A stretch of DNA of 64,000 nt from Deltaproteobacteria bacterium (lineage in GTDB: Bacteria; Desulfobacterota; Binatia; UBA12015). The position numbers and the translations under genes are program-made. The notes beneath the pieces were generated by a model that saw nothing but the letters and a program-made list of their open reading frames with translations, did not search any database and was not told the origin of the DNA. The stretch lies in assembly GCA_016874795.1 (NCBI GenBank), contig VGTG01000005.1:15393-79392 (forward strand). Reading direction: 5' to 3'. Positions 40,001-49,647 of the stretch are shown one piece after another. Positions within the stretch are counted from its first letter, which is position 1. The number at the start of each line of letters is the position of its first letter.

Positions 40001-41461
40001 TCAGTCGATGTAGCCGAGCTGGCGCAGCCGCTCCTCGTCCCCGGGATCGAGCGGCTTCGGCGAGCGAGGCGTCGCGCGCTCGGAGCCGTGCTCCTTGCGC
40101 CACGCGCGCACGAGCGAGCGGAGGCGCTTGCGGTCCTCGGGGCGCTCGCTCGAGACGTCGCGGAGCTCGCCCGAGTCCTTCTCGAGGTCGTAGAGACGCC
40201 AGCCGGGCGGCTCGAACGGCCACTTCCGGCCCGCCTTTCGCGACGGAAGAGGCGTGTGCACCAGCTTCAGCTTCCCCTCGCGCACGGCGACGAGCTCGTT
40301 CGGACAAGCGGAGAGGACGAAGACCGGCGCCCCCGTGTCCTTCGCTCCGTGCAGGAGCGGCGACAGATCGCGTCCCTCCACTCCGGGGATGGGCGCGAGC
40401 GCGAGACCGTGCTGCAGCGTGGGAAGGACGTCGACGAGGCTGACGGGCGTGTCGATGGTGCGACCCGCTTCGATCCGTCCCGGCTGCCGGAAGAGGAGGG
40501 GCACGTGTGCCGAGGGCTGGAAGACGTTCCAGCCGTGCTGGAAGTAGGCTTCGTGCTCGCCGAGGCTCTCGCCGTGATCGGCGGTGACGATCACGAGCGT
40601 CGTCCCGCGGAGATCCATCTCGTCGAGCGCTGCGAGGACGCGACCGATCTGCTCGTCGGTCCAGCGGACCTCGGCGCGGTAGCGCCAGCGGTACGTCTTC
40701 GCGTCGCGCGCCGAGCGCAGGAGCTGGTAGCGAGGCAGCACGCCGAGCCCGTAGTTCCCCTTCGCGGCTTCCAGCTTCTTACCGGGGAGACCGTCGTCAC
40801 GCGGAACCTGCTCGCGCGCCGACGCGGGCGCGGAGAAGTAGGGCCCGTGCGGGTCCATCATGTGGAGCCACAGGAAGAAGGGCGCGTCGTCTCTTCCCCG
40901 CCCGCGGAGCCAGTCGATCGCGCGCGTCGCGATGGCCTCGTCGCTCGAGCCGAAGTAGCGGGCGAAGCCGTCCTTCGTCGCGACGCCCTGCTGGAGGCCG
41001 CTCTTCTCGCCGATCACCTCGTTCCCATAGAAGGAGGCCGTCGTGTAGCCCGCCCGCGCGAGCCCCTCGGTGAGAAGGAACGCGGAGTCGTCGACCTTGT
41101 CCTGGTTGTTCCGCACGGGATGCCGGCCGGGGTAGAGGCCGGTCAGAAGCGAGGCGATCGCGGGGCGCGTCGCCGTGGCCGTCGTGCTCGCGTCGCGGAA
41201 GACCGTCGAGTCCTTCGCGAGCGCGTCGAGCTTCGGCGTGAAGCTCTCGGGAAAACGAGCGCTCCGCCCGACGTGGTCGGCGCGGAGCGTGTCGACCGTG
41301 ATCAGGAGGACGTTCGGGCGGTCGCCGTCTTCCAGGCGGAGCCACCCGAGCGCGGGCCTCTCGGCGGCGGGCCTTTCGGAAGCGGCCCCGGTGGGGGCGA
41401 GCGGCGGCGGCGCGAGCAGGAGAGCGAGCGCCAGCGCCGCACGTCGAGTCCGGAAGCGCAT
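40001..41461 (-). CDS. Secreted sulfatase-like protein
   Basis: Signal peptide; VDTLRAD, ATRPAI, DPHGPY, ADHGE, C-terminal LRQLGYID. Confidence 0.85.
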   Translation of the reverse strand: MRFRTRRAALALALLLAPPPLAPTGAASERPAAERPALGWLRLEDGDRPNVLLITVDTLRADHVGRSARFPESFTPKLDALAKDSTVFRDASTTATATRPAIASLLTGLYPGRHPVRNNQDKVDDSAFLLTEGLARAGYTTASFYGNEVIGEKSGLQQGVATKDGFARYFGSSDEAIATRAIDWLRGRGRDDAPFFLWLHMMDPHGPYFSAPASAREQVPRDDGLPGKKLEAAKGNYGLGVLPRYQLLRSARDAKTYRWRYRAEVRWTDEQIGRVLAALDEMDLRGTTLVIVTADHGESLGEHEAYFQHGWNVFQPSAHVPLLFRQPGRIEAGRTIDTPVSLVDVLPTLQHGLALAPIPGVEGRDLSPLLHGAKDTGAPVFVLSACPNELVAVREGKLKLVHTPLPSRKAGRKWPFEPPGWRLYDLEKDSGELRDVSSERPEDRKRLRSLVRAWRKEHGSERATPRSPKPLDPGDEERLRQLGYID

Positions 41462-41525
41462 CCGCAGTCTTTACAGACCCGCCGTGTCGTGGCTATGGGA
41501 GCCACGTCGGCGAGGAGGAGCGACG

Positions 41526-42602
41526 ATGATCTCACGAAACCGATCGGCGGGCGTGCTCTGCGTTCTCGTGGCGCTCTTCGCGCCGTTCTTCGCACAGGCC
41601 GACGAGATCGTGGTGAAGGGAGATCGCCTCCGCGGCACGGTCGTGAACGTCACGACGACCGCGATCGAGTTCGAGACGCTCTACGGGAAGGGCAAGATCG
41701 AGATCCCTCTCGGGGACGTCGAGTCCGTCACGACCGAGGGCACCTACGTCGTCATCCACGGCGAGACGGAGACGCGCGGGCGGATCGTCGGCGTCGAGGA
41801 GGGCGTGATCCTCATCGGCGACTCGCCGGACGGCGCCGAGCGCGTCGAGGCCGAGTCGGTGCAGCTCGTGCTCAGCGAAACGGCCATCGACGAGTCTCCG
41901 CTCGTCGCCGCCAAGAGAAAGCTCCGCTACTGGAGCGGCAACCTCGACCTCGGCTTCGGGCTGTCGCAGGGCACCGTCGACACGCGGGCGGCGAGCCTCG
42001 ATGCGACCGCCGAGAGACGCAAGGGACCGACGCGCTTCCTGACGAACCTCGGCTTGTTCTACGGCAAGCAGAAGGATCAGGAGGGGCAATCGCTGACGAC
42101 CGCGGATCAGTACTACGGTCAGGCGCGCTACGAGTACGACCTGCTGGAGCGGCTCTTCGCGTACGGGAACGGCTACGCGGAGTACAACGGCGTGCAGCGC
42201 CTCAGCGTGCGCGGCATTCCGGAAGCCGGCATGGGCTACAAGCTCTGGCTTCCGGACGACAAGGACAGCGACGACTTCCTCGCCGCGACGGCCGGCGGCT
42301 CGTGGGTGTACGAGCGGTTCTTCGGCGGCATGGACGAGGACTACTTCGCCGTCGCGTTCGGGCTCGAGGCGCTGTTCACTTTGCCGTACGACGCGACGAT
42401 CACCGGGAGCGTGAGCTACCTTCCGTCCGTCTCGGACTTCGCGAACGACTTCCTGATCCGCTCGAAGGCGGAGCTCGCGATCCCCGTGTGGGAGCAGCTC
42501 TCGTTCAACTTCGCGATCGCCGACGACTACGACAACACGCCGGCACCGGGCACGACCTTCAACTATCTGACGACGACGGTCGGCCTCTCTCTCGGGCTGT
42601 AG
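41526..42602 (+). CDS. DUF481 outer-membrane beta-barrel protein
   Basis: Signal peptide; N-terminal GDRLRG domain; alternating beta strands; YDNTPAPG near the C-terminus. Confidence 0.75.
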   Translation: MISRNRSAGVLCVLVALFAPFFAQADEIVVKGDRLRGTVVNVTTTAIEFETLYGKGKIEIPLGDVESVTTEGTYVVIHGETETRGRIVGVEEGVILIGDSPDGAERVEAESVQLVLSETAIDESPLVAAKRKLRYWSGNLDLGFGLSQGTVDTRAASLDATAERRKGPTRFLTNLGLFYGKQKDQEGQSLTTADQYYGQARYEYDLLERLFAYGNGYAEYNGVQRLSVRGIPEAGMGYKLWLPDDKDSDDFLAATAGGSWVYERFFGGMDEDYFAVAFGLEALFTLPYDATITGSVSYLPSVSDFANDFLIRSKAELAIPVWEQLSFNFAIADDYDNTPAPGTTFNYLTTTVGLSLGL

Positions 42603-42685
42603 GTGCTTCGGCGGACTTGCACCAGCCGGGAGAGGTGACCTAGGCTCGCGGAGTCGGCAACCCGCAATCGTAGGAGGAGACGGCG

Positions 42686-44188
42686 ATGCAACCAGCGGTG
42701 GCAGAGTCGAGCCTGACCCCGAGCGTGACCGAGTTCATCGCGGCTCGGCGGAAGATGCTGATCGACGGGAAGTGGGTCGAAGCGGCGTCGGGAAAGACCT
42801 TCACGACCGTCAACCCCGCGACGGAGGAGGTTCTCGCGGAGGTTCCCGCCGGCGACAAGGAAGACGTCGATCGTGCGGTACGCGCCGCGCGCCGCGCCTT
42901 CGAGAGCGGCCCGTGGCGCCGCATGACGGCCTCCGAGCGCGGTCGAGCGCTCTGGAAGCTCGCCGATCTGATCGAAGCGCGTACGGAGGAGTTCGCGCAG
43001 CTCGAGACGCTCGACAACGGGAAGCCGCTGACCGTCGCACGCGCCGCCGACATCCCGCTCGTCGTCGACCACTTCCGCTACTACGCGGGCTGGGCGACGA
43101 AGGTCGAGGGGGAGACCATTCCCGTCTCCGTCCCCGGGATGTTCACCTACACGCTCCGCGAGCCGGTCGGCGTCGTGGGCCAGATCATCCCGTGGAACTT
43201 CCCGCTCCTGATGGCCGCGTGGAAGCTCGGCGCGGCGCTCGCGTGCGGGAACACCGTCGTGCTGAAGCCCGCGGAGCAGACGCCGCTCTCGGCGCTCCGG
43301 CTCGGCGAGCTCCTCGACGAGGCCGGATTCCCGCCGGGCGTCGTCAACATCGTCACGGGATTCGGCGAGACCGCGGGTGCCGCGATCACCGTGCATCCGG
43401 ACGTCGACAAGGTCGCCTTCACCGGCTCGACCGAGGTCGGGAAGACGATCATGCAGCAGGCGGCGGGGACGCTGAAGCGCGTCTCGCTCGAGCTCGGCGG
43501 CAAGTCGCCGAACATCGTCTTCGCGGACGCGGATCTCGATTCCGCCGCGGAGGGTGCTGCCGCCGCGATCTACTTCAACCACGGTCAGTGCTGCTGCGCG
43601 GGCTCGCGGCTCTTCATCGAGGACAAGGTCTACGACCGCGTGATGCCGAAGCTCATCGAGTACTCCGAGCAGATCCAGGTCGGCCCCGGACTCGACCCGA
43701 AGACGCAGATGGGCCCGCTCGTCTCGAGCGAGCAGCTCGAGCGCGTCAGCGGCTACCTCGCGTCCGGCAAGAAGGAGGGAGCGAAGGTCGCGACGGGCGG
43801 TGGACGTCCGAAGGGACTCGACCGCGGCTACTTCGTCTCCCCGACGGTGTTCACCGACGTCAAGCCGGAGATGAAGGTCGTCGGCGAGGAGATCTTCGGT
43901 CCGGTCGTCTGCGCGATTCCGTTCAGGGATCCGGAGGACGTCGTCCGCGCCGGCAACGAGACGACCTACGGTCTCGCCGCGGCGGTGTGGACGCGCGACA
44001 TCCAGAAGGCGCACCGCGCGGCGCAGCTCTTGAAGGCCGGGACCGTGTGGATCAACTGCTACAACGCCTTCGACGCCTCGGCGCCGTTCGGCGGCTACAA
44101 GCAGAGCGGCTTCGGCCGCGAGATGGGGAAGGCCGCTCTCGAGCTCTACACGCAGATCAAGACCGTGTGGGTCAACGTCGGGGCGTGA
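42686..44188 (+). CDS. Aldehyde dehydrogenase
   Basis: [38 protein letters not shown]. Confidence 0.95.
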   Translation: MQPAVAESSLTPSVTEFIAARRKMLIDGKWVEAASGKTFTTVNPATEEVLAEVPAGDKEDVDRAVRAARRAFESGPWRRMTASERGRALWKLADLIEARTEEFAQLETLDNGKPLTVARAADIPLVVDHFRYYAGWATKVEGETIPVSVPGMFTYTLREPVGVVGQIIPWNFPLLMAAWKLGAALACGNTVVLKPAEQTPLSALRLGELLDEAGFPPGVVNIVTGFGETAGAAITVHPDVDKVAFTGSTEVGKTIMQQAAGTLKRVSLELGGKSPNIVFADADLDSAAEGAAAAIYFNHGQCCCAGSRLFIEDKVYDRVMPKLIEYSEQIQVGPGLDPKTQMGPLVSSEQLERVSGYLASGKKEGAKVATGGGRPKGLDRGYFVSPTVFTDVKPEMKVVGEEIFGPVVCAIPFRDPEDVVRAGNETTYGLAAAVWTRDIQKAHRAAQLLKAGTVWINCYNAFDASAPFGGYKQSGFGREMGKAALELYTQIKTVWVNVGA

Positions 44189-44859
44189 GCCGTGCTGCGC
44201 TGCTCGCGGTCCCGGCGCTGCTTCTGGCGCTGGGCTGCCGCAGCGCTCCGGTCGCGACGAAGGACCCTGAGCTCGGAGCGGCGGCGACGCGCGCTGCCGG
44301 CGTGCCGGCGAACGACCTCGTCGACGTCGCGAAGGTCGTGCCCGGCATCCGGCTCGACATCCGCTACGCGACGAAGAAGAACTTCACGGGCGAGGTCCTC
44401 TACGACGAGCCCCGCTGCTTCCTGCGGAGGGACGTCGCCGAGCGTCTTCGCCGCGCACAGGAAGATCTCGCGGCGAAGGGCCGCGGTCTCCGGGTGTGGG
44501 ATTGCTATCGACCGCTGTCCGTACAGCGCCGGCTCTGGGCGCTCGTGCCGGACGAGCGCTACGTCGCGGATCCCGCGAAGGGATCGCGCCACAACCGCGG
44601 CGCCGCGGTCGACGTCGAGATGGTCGGCGCGGACGGATCGAGTCTCCCGGCGCCGACCGGCTACGACGACTTCAGCGAGCGCGCGCACCGCGACTTCATG
44701 GACCTTTCACCTGACGTGATCGCGAACCGCGCGGAGCTCGAGCAAGCCATGGTGCGGGCCGGCTTCGAGCCGCTGCCGACGGAGTGGTGGCACTTCGACG
44801 CGAAGGGCTGGGAGGAGTACGACGTGCTCGACGTGGACTTCGCGGATCTCCCGCGCTGA
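44185..44859 (+). CDS. ddpX: D-alanyl-D-alanine dipeptidase (VanX/DdpX, M15) lipoprotein
   Basis: Lipobox [24 protein letters not shown]. Confidence 0.88.
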   Translation: MSRAALLAVPALLLALGCRSAPVATKDPELGAAATRAAGVPANDLVDVAKVVPGIRLDIRYATKKNFTGEVLYDEPRCFLRRDVAERLRRAQEDLAAKGRGLRVWDCYRPLSVQRRLWALVPDERYVADPAKGSRHNRGAAVDVEMVGADGSSLPAPTGYDDFSERAHRDFMDLSPDVIANRAELEQAMVRAGFEPLPTEWWHFDAKGWEEYDVLDVDFADLPR

Positions 44860-45125
44860 GCAGGGCTTCGCGACGTCGTCGAGCACCTCGCGCGTCAAGC
44901 GCTCGACCTTCTCGGAGAGCGCCTGCACGCCGCGCGGCGTGAACTGCTTGCTCGTGACGCGCCGGTAGCGGCCGTGGTCCGGCGGATCCATGTTGAGGAG
45001 GTGGCGTGCCGCTCCTTCCGGAGCCACGTCCACTCCGCGTGCGGGTAGCCGTTCTCCTCGTAGTGCTCGGGCGTGACGACGTCGATCGTCGCCCGGTCGA
45101 ACTCACGTACCGCCGTCTGGGTCAT
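44860..45125 (-). pseudogene. Cytochrome P450 N-terminal remnant (internal deletion, frameshift, 3' truncation)
   Basis: YPHAEWTWLRK then a shifted frame LLNMDPPDHGRYRRVTSKQFTPRGV; no heme motif. Confidence 0.75.
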
Positions 45126-45183
45126 CGTACCCGCGCTCCCGGGCGGATTCTATGCCGGGGAGGCGGGAGGGCAAGATGCGACG

Positions 45184-48100
45184 TCAGTCCGCGAGCCGCA
45201 GGACCTGCGCGATGTCGCCGGTCCCGAAGCTGCCACCGATGTTCTCGTCGAGGTTCACGAAGGGAATGGCCAGGCGGCCGCCGCTGTTCGTGGTCCAGTT
45301 CGCGCAGGAGAAATTGGACCCGCTGAGCGTCGCCGTCAGCGGATCTGCATTCGGGCAGGCCGTGCCGAAGAGCGAGCCGGTACAGCGCCGCGGGGAGTCG
45401 ATCCGCGCCGTCACCTGTCCGGTCGTCAGCGCGAGCGGCTGCGCCGCGACGCCCGTCCAGGCGGCGTCGGAGACGCCGGGACAGGTCGAAGAGCCGTTCA
45501 CGCGGATCCGCTTCGCGAGGACGTAGACGATCGCCGCACCGGAGCCGCTGTTGCCCGCACCCGCCCCGATCGACGACCAGGCCGTATCGAACGCCGGCGA
45601 AGGCGGTGCGCCCGTGCCGTTGCTCGCGACGATCAGCGTCTGGTCGGCGTTCGAGCCGCCGTCGCAGTCCACGAAGCCGAGCCGCGAGATGTCGTCCTCG
45701 AACCGCCAGCACGCGGCGCACGAGGAGCCGCAGTTCGGCGTCTGCGTGTCGAGGTTCGCGCCGATCAAGACCGGCCCGCCGAGGAAGAGATCCGCCTGTC
45801 CGAACGCGTCCGGTACGCCACCCTGCAGGACGAGCGGTCCCGAGTTGAAGTTCCCCTCGGTGCCGTTGCAGACGGTGCCCGGAACGCCGCCGGTCGGATT
45901 GCCGTGCGTGCGGAGGTACGACGGCGAGGCGCCGTCGGACGGGCAGTAGTCGCCGGAGCCCGTCGCGACCGTGAAGCTGAGCGTGCCGAGCGCGCCTGGC
46001 GTCGGTGTCGCGGTCGCGACCGGAGTCGGCGTCGGAACCGGGCTCGGCGTGACGACCGGGGATTGCGTCGGAACGGGCGCCCCCGTGGGGGCGGGAGTCG
46101 GGGTCGGCGGCGTGACGAAGTAGGAGCAGGTTCCCGTGACGGTGACGAAGTGGCCGTCCTGCGACGCGTCGCGGCCGCCGACGCCGGGATAGTCGTCGGC
46201 GTCGATGCAGCCGGAGATGCCGTTCGGCGCGATCTCGGAGGTGAGGCCGAGCCGCACGCCGCACTCCGAGCCGGTGTTGAAGGAGTCGCCGTTGCTCGAG
46301 CAGCTCGCGTTCCAGCCGAAGCTGAGCGAGTGCGCGACGGCGCCGCCGGTGCCGCTTCCGTCGATCGTCGCGGAAGCGGAGCGCGTGAAGGGAGAGTTCG
46401 CGTCGTCGGCGCTCGAGAGATCGGTCGGCGCGGTGAGCTGCAGCGTGCCGCCCGAGAGCGTTCCGCCCGACTGCGAGCCCGTCACCGCGGAGACGTGCGC
46501 GACCGAGCCGAGCGTGGTGCCGAAGAACGGCAGATCGCAGCCGTCACCGTTGTCACGGTTGATCGTGTGCGCACCGCGGAGCGCCGTATCGACGTTCAGG
46601 CGGTACGTGCTGCCCGCGGGGCAGGTGACGGAGAAGCTGACGCCGTAGCTCGCGTTGCTGCTCGCGGTGACGCCGCCACCGCCCGTCGGGACGGCTTCGC
46701 AGTCGGTCGCGACGCTCTGCTGGAGGCGCGTAGTGAAGGTTCCCGTGCCGAGCGAGGTCACGCTGCCGTCGCTGCGAGCGGCGCGGTAGCAGTTGCCGAG
46801 CGCGACGTGCGTCGGTCCGAACTCGTTCGAAGCGTCGTTGATCGCAACGCCGGTGATCTGCGCGGGAACGACGGTGAGGACCGGTGCCGGAGTGGGGCTC
46901 GGCGTCGGGCTCGCGGTCGGGACGGGAGTCGGCGTCGGAGTCTGCGTCGGGGTGGGCGTCGGCGTCGGAGTCGCGGTCGGCGTCGGAGCGGCCGTCGGCG
47001 CCGTGGTCGGGGTCGGAGTGGGCGTCTGCGTCGGCGCGAGAGTCGGGGTCGGCGTCGGGGTGAGCGACGGCAAGGGCGGCGTCGGCGTCACCTCCGGGAT
47101 CGGCGGCGGGAAGACGCCGACCGGATCGAGCTGCAGACGGAAGACCTGCGCGACGTCGACGACGGAGTCGACGATCGGTGCCGCGAAGTCGAGCGCGTAG
47201 AACGGCGCGACCATGCTCGTCGTACCGACGTCGGCCCCGACCCAAGCGGCGCAGGAGAGCCGCTCGCCGTCGAGGGTGACCGTGTTCGGGCCGGCGGCGC
47301 CGGGCGCGCCGTCGATCCAGTCGTTCAGCACGGTGCTGGTCGCCGTCCGCGTCGTGAACGCGGACGGAATGAGAGGCGAGCTCGAGTAGTCGAGCGTGCT
47401 ACAGTCCGCGTCGTTGAGCTCGGCTACCGCGAAGCGCAGGAGGACGGGAACGACGGCGTGTCCGCTGTCCGCGGACGGCTCGGATCCGCCCGGCGCGACG
47501 AGGATCGACGGGCTCGCGGCCCCGGCGCCGTTGCTGTCGACCGTCAAGGAGACGTCCGGATGCGTGCCGCCGTCGCAGTCGATCCATCCGTCTTCGGAAG
47601 CGTTCGGCTGGATCTCGACGCAGATCGTTCCCTCGGCGCCGAGCGACTGCGCGAGGTCGAGGAAGTTCGCGCCGAGATACGAGGTCTCCGCGAGCTCGAG
47701 CTCCGCGACGCCGCCCGCGCCCGTCGGACCCTTCGCGATCGTGATCGGCCCGGGGCCGAACTCGCCGTTCGCCGCGTTGGCGAAGACGTTCGCCCCGGTG
47801 AAGTCGAACAGGCGGAGCCACGTCGAGAAGCCGTCGTCGACCGGCAGGAGGTTCCCCGGTCCCGCGAGCACGTCGAGGATCAAGCAGCTCTTCCCCGCGG
47901 GGCAATCGATCGCCGGCGTCGTCGGCGTCGGCGTGGGGGTCGGAGAAGGGCTCGGCGTCGGAGTCGGCGGAGGCACGCACGCGATCGACGGCTTGATCGC
48001 CTGCAGGTAGCCGGGCTGGTTCTTCTTGAAGACCTGGAAGCGCGCGCAGTAGTCGTTCTCGCCGGTCGAGAAGGTGACCTCGATGTTCGCCGGAGGCGCC

Positions 48101-48519
48101 AGCGGGCCGACGAGCGCGGGAACGTTCGGGCCGCGCATCTGGATCGACAGCTTCTTCGGGGCATACGTGATGCTCCGGATGCCGGCGATCGTCGCGAAGG
48201 GATCGGCGTAGCGGAACGCCTTCCCCGCGGGCAGCCAGGATCCGCAGGGGAGGACGATGTCGCCGCTGTCGAACCCGTTCGAGGCGCGGATCCGGAGGCG
48301 CGGGTTCGCCGGGCAAACGATCGGATCGGTCACCGGGGACAGGGCCGGGTCCGGCCCGATCTTCACCAGCGCGGTCGTCTTCGAGGGATCGACCGAGACC
48401 TTGAAGGAGACCTTCTTCCCGCCGGTCAGCGGGATCGCCTGCGCCAGCGCCGGTCCCGCGGCGAGGACCGCGACGATCAGAAAAGCCCCGCGCGACCACA
48501 TCGAATTGCCTCGGCTCAT
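45184..48519 (-). CDS. Large secreted multidomain Cys-containing protein with Pro/Thr linkers (~1110 aa)
   Basis: Signal peptide ending ALA-QA; three PT-rich linkers separate four domains; domains 2 and 4 are similar to each other. Confidence 0.82.
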   Translation of the reverse strand: MSRGNSMWSRGAFLIVAVLAAGPALAQAIPLTGGKKVSFKVSVDPSKTTALVKIGPDPALSPVTDPIVCPANPRLRIRASNGFDSGDIVLPCGSWLPAGKAFRYADPFATIAGIRSITYAPKKLSIQMRGPNVPALVGPLAPPANIEVTFSTGENDYCARFQVFKKNQPGYLQAIKPSIACVPPPTPTPSPSPTPTPTPTTPAIDCPAGKSCLILDVLAGPGNLLPVDDGFSTWLRLFDFTGANVFANAANGEFGPGPITIAKGPTGAGGVAELELAETSYLGANFLDLAQSLGAEGTICVEIQPNASEDGWIDCDGGTHPDVSLTVDSNGAGAASPSILVAPGGSEPSADSGHAVVPVLLRFAVAELNDADCSTLDYSSSPLIPSAFTTRTATSTVLNDWIDGAPGAAGPNTVTLDGERLSCAAWVGADVGTTSMVAPFYALDFAAPIVDSVVDVAQVFRLQLDPVGVFPPPIPEVTPTPPLPSLTPTPTPTLAPTQTPTPTPTTAPTAAPTPTATPTPTPTPTQTPTPTPVPTASPTPSPTPAPVLTVVPAQITGVAINDASNEFGPTHVALGNCYRAARSDGSVTSLGTGTFTTRLQQSVATDCEAVPTGGGGVTASSNASYGVSFSVTCPAGSTYRLNVDTALRGAHTINRDNGDGCDLPFFGTTLGSVAHVSAVTGSQSGGTLSGGTLQLTAPTDLSSADDANSPFTRSASATIDGSGTGGAVAHSLSFGWNASCSSNGDSFNTGSECGVRLGLTSEIAPNGISGCIDADDYPGVGGRDASQDGHFVTVTGTCSYFVTPPTPTPAPTGAPVPTQSPVVTPSPVPTPTPVATATPTPGALGTLSFTVATGSGDYCPSDGASPSYLRTHGNPTGGVPGTVCNGTEGNFNSGPLVLQGGVPDAFGQADLFLGGPVLIGANLDTQTPNCGSSCAACWRFEDDISRLGFVDCDGGSNADQTLIVASNGTGAPPSPAFDTAWSSIGAGAGNSGSGAAIVYVLAKRIRVNGSSTCPGVSDAAWTGVAAQPLALTTGQVTARIDSPRRCTGSLFGTACPNADPLTATLSGSNFSCANWTTNSGGRLAIPFVNLDENIGGSFGTGDIAQVLRLAD
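46885..47110 (-). repeat. Pro/Thr low-complexity coding repeat (also ~45995-46115 and ~47912-47975)
   Basis: PTPTPT... encoded by degenerate 6-bp repeats. Confidence 0.85.
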
Positions 48520-48586
48520 GCCACCCCCGGCTCGTTTCGGACGGAGTGAGGAAGCGTTCGGCCACCCAGCAGCCCGGTCGGCCAAA

Positions 48587-48632
48587 CAAACAAACGTTTG
48601 CTGAACTACTCCCTCCGCCCCGCCGCGGTCAA
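48587..48632 (-). promoter_or_regulatory. Candidate promoter of the large secreted protein with a TetR-type operator
   Basis: Minus-strand TTGACC (48627-32), 18-bp spacer, TAGTTC; CAAAC-AAAC-GTTTG palindrome at 48587-48600 just downstream. Confidence 0.5.
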
Positions 48633-48633
48633 G

Positions 48634-48712
48634 GGGGTCCGGTTCGTTTGCTCGCATCTGCACCCAGGCTCGACGAGCCTGGGTGCAGATACAGCCAAAC
48701 GAACCGGACCCC
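48634..48712. repeat. 79-bp near-perfect palindrome
   Basis: 39-bp arms with a 1-nt centre (48673): 17 bp perfect, 5-bp segment with 4 mismatches, 17 bp perfect. Confidence 0.9.
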
Positions 48713-48736
48713 GGTGGACTTCATTCGGACGGGAAC

Positions 48737-48922
48737 CTAGCCTGCATTTCTCACCAGATCCCTACTGCGGCGGCCGATAGCACCGAATCTTCGCGAGCTT
48801 CTCCCTCCGGGCTCCTCGACGTACTGTTCAAGTACGCCTGCGTCGCCCTCCGGTCCGAGGCTCGCGAATCTTCGGCACTCTCGACCGCCTCGCGACGTGA
48901 TCTGGTGAGAAATGCAGGCTAG
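48737..48922. mobile_element. MITE-like element (178 bp between flanking CTAG tetramers)
   Basis: Perfect 25-bp IR CCTAGCCTGCATTTCTCACCAGATC (48736-60 / 48899-923); imperfectly self-complementary interior; no transposase. Confidence 0.75.
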
Positions 48923-48933
48923 GATGCGGCGCC

Positions 48934-49632
48934 TTGACCCGGGTCTCGGCCATTCTCTCCTCGTTGCTCCTCTGCGTGGGGGTGTCGAGGTTCGGGATCG
49001 CTCCCGCCTCCGCGGATTCCTCGATCCGGACCTCGAGCGAGAACGTCTCGCCTCCGGCCGACGCGCTCGCGCTCGCGCTCGAGTCGGTCCGCTGCGCCCA
49101 GAGCGCGGGCCACGGTCGCAAGGCTTCACGCCTCGCGCTGATCGACTACCGCGTGCCCTCTCTCCAGGAGCGTCTCTGGATCATCGACCTCGCGACGGGA
49201 CGGATCGTCTTCCGCGATCACGTCGCGCACGGCCGGGGCACGGGTGAGAACCTCGCGCAGCACTTCTCGAACAAGCCCGGCAGCCACCAGAGCAGCCTCG
49301 GCCTCTTCCTCACCAACGAGATCTACCAGGGTCGGAACGGCTACTCGCTGCGGATGGACGGTCTCGAGCCGGGTGTGAACGATCAAGCGCGCGAGCGCGC
49401 AATCGTCATGCACGGCGCGTCGTACGTCGATCCGATCGGCGGCAAGACGCGCGGCCGGCTCGGTCGGAGCTGGGGTTGCCCGGCCGTGCGCACCGAGGTC
49501 GCGCATCCGATCATCGACGCGCTCGCCGGAGGGCAGTTCCTGTTCGCGTACTATCCGGACGAGACGTGGGTCTCGTCCTCGCGCTTCCTGCAGTGCGACG
49601 ATCGGGTCGCACGCCGCGAGCGCGGCTCCTGA
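48934..49632 (+). CDS. Murein L,D-transpeptidase catalytic domain protein (YkuD_2-like)
   Basis: VAHGRG, FSN.PGS.QSSLG, RAIVMHGA, GRSWGCPA. Confidence 0.88.
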   Translation: MTRVSAILSSLLLCVGVSRFGIAPASADSSIRTSSENVSPPADALALALESVRCAQSAGHGRKASRLALIDYRVPSLQERLWIIDLATGRIVFRDHVAHGRGTGENLAQHFSNKPGSHQSSLGLFLTNEIYQGRNGYSLRMDGLEPGVNDQARERAIVMHGASYVDPIGGKTRGRLGRSWGCPAVRTEVAHPIIDALAGGQFLFAYYPDETWVSSSRFLQCDDRVARRERGS

Positions 49633-49647
49633 CGAGAGCGGGGCAGC

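Noticed and set aside
38636..42643. 1335-aa + strand ORF
   Set aside because: Arg/Ala-rich shadow frame overlapping four genes with clear family motifs
44185..44859. Glycopeptide-resistance (van) cluster
   Set aside because: No vanH/vanA/vanRS adjacent; the Ddl-like gene is ~25 kb away in another context; diderm host
46885..47110. GTCGGC-type repeats as a CRISPR or VNTR array
   Set aside because: Degenerate codon repeats for a Pro/Thr linker; no repeat-spacer structure or cas genes
45073..48549. 1158-aa + strand ORF mirroring the large secreted protein
   Set aside because: Antisense shadow; the minus-strand frame has the signal peptide, linkers and domain structure
48634..48712. Palindrome as an integron attC site
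   Set aside because: No RYYYAAC/GTTRRRY boxes at the ends, no extrahelical-base pattern, no integrase or cassette array
48820..48836. GTTCAA hairpin as a tRNA T-arm
   Set aside because: No cloverleaf, acceptor stem or anticodon arm; it is the apex of the MITE-like hairpin
48683..49129. Small ORFs ending in DLVRNAG on both strands
   Set aside because: Products of the terminal inverted repeats, not genes
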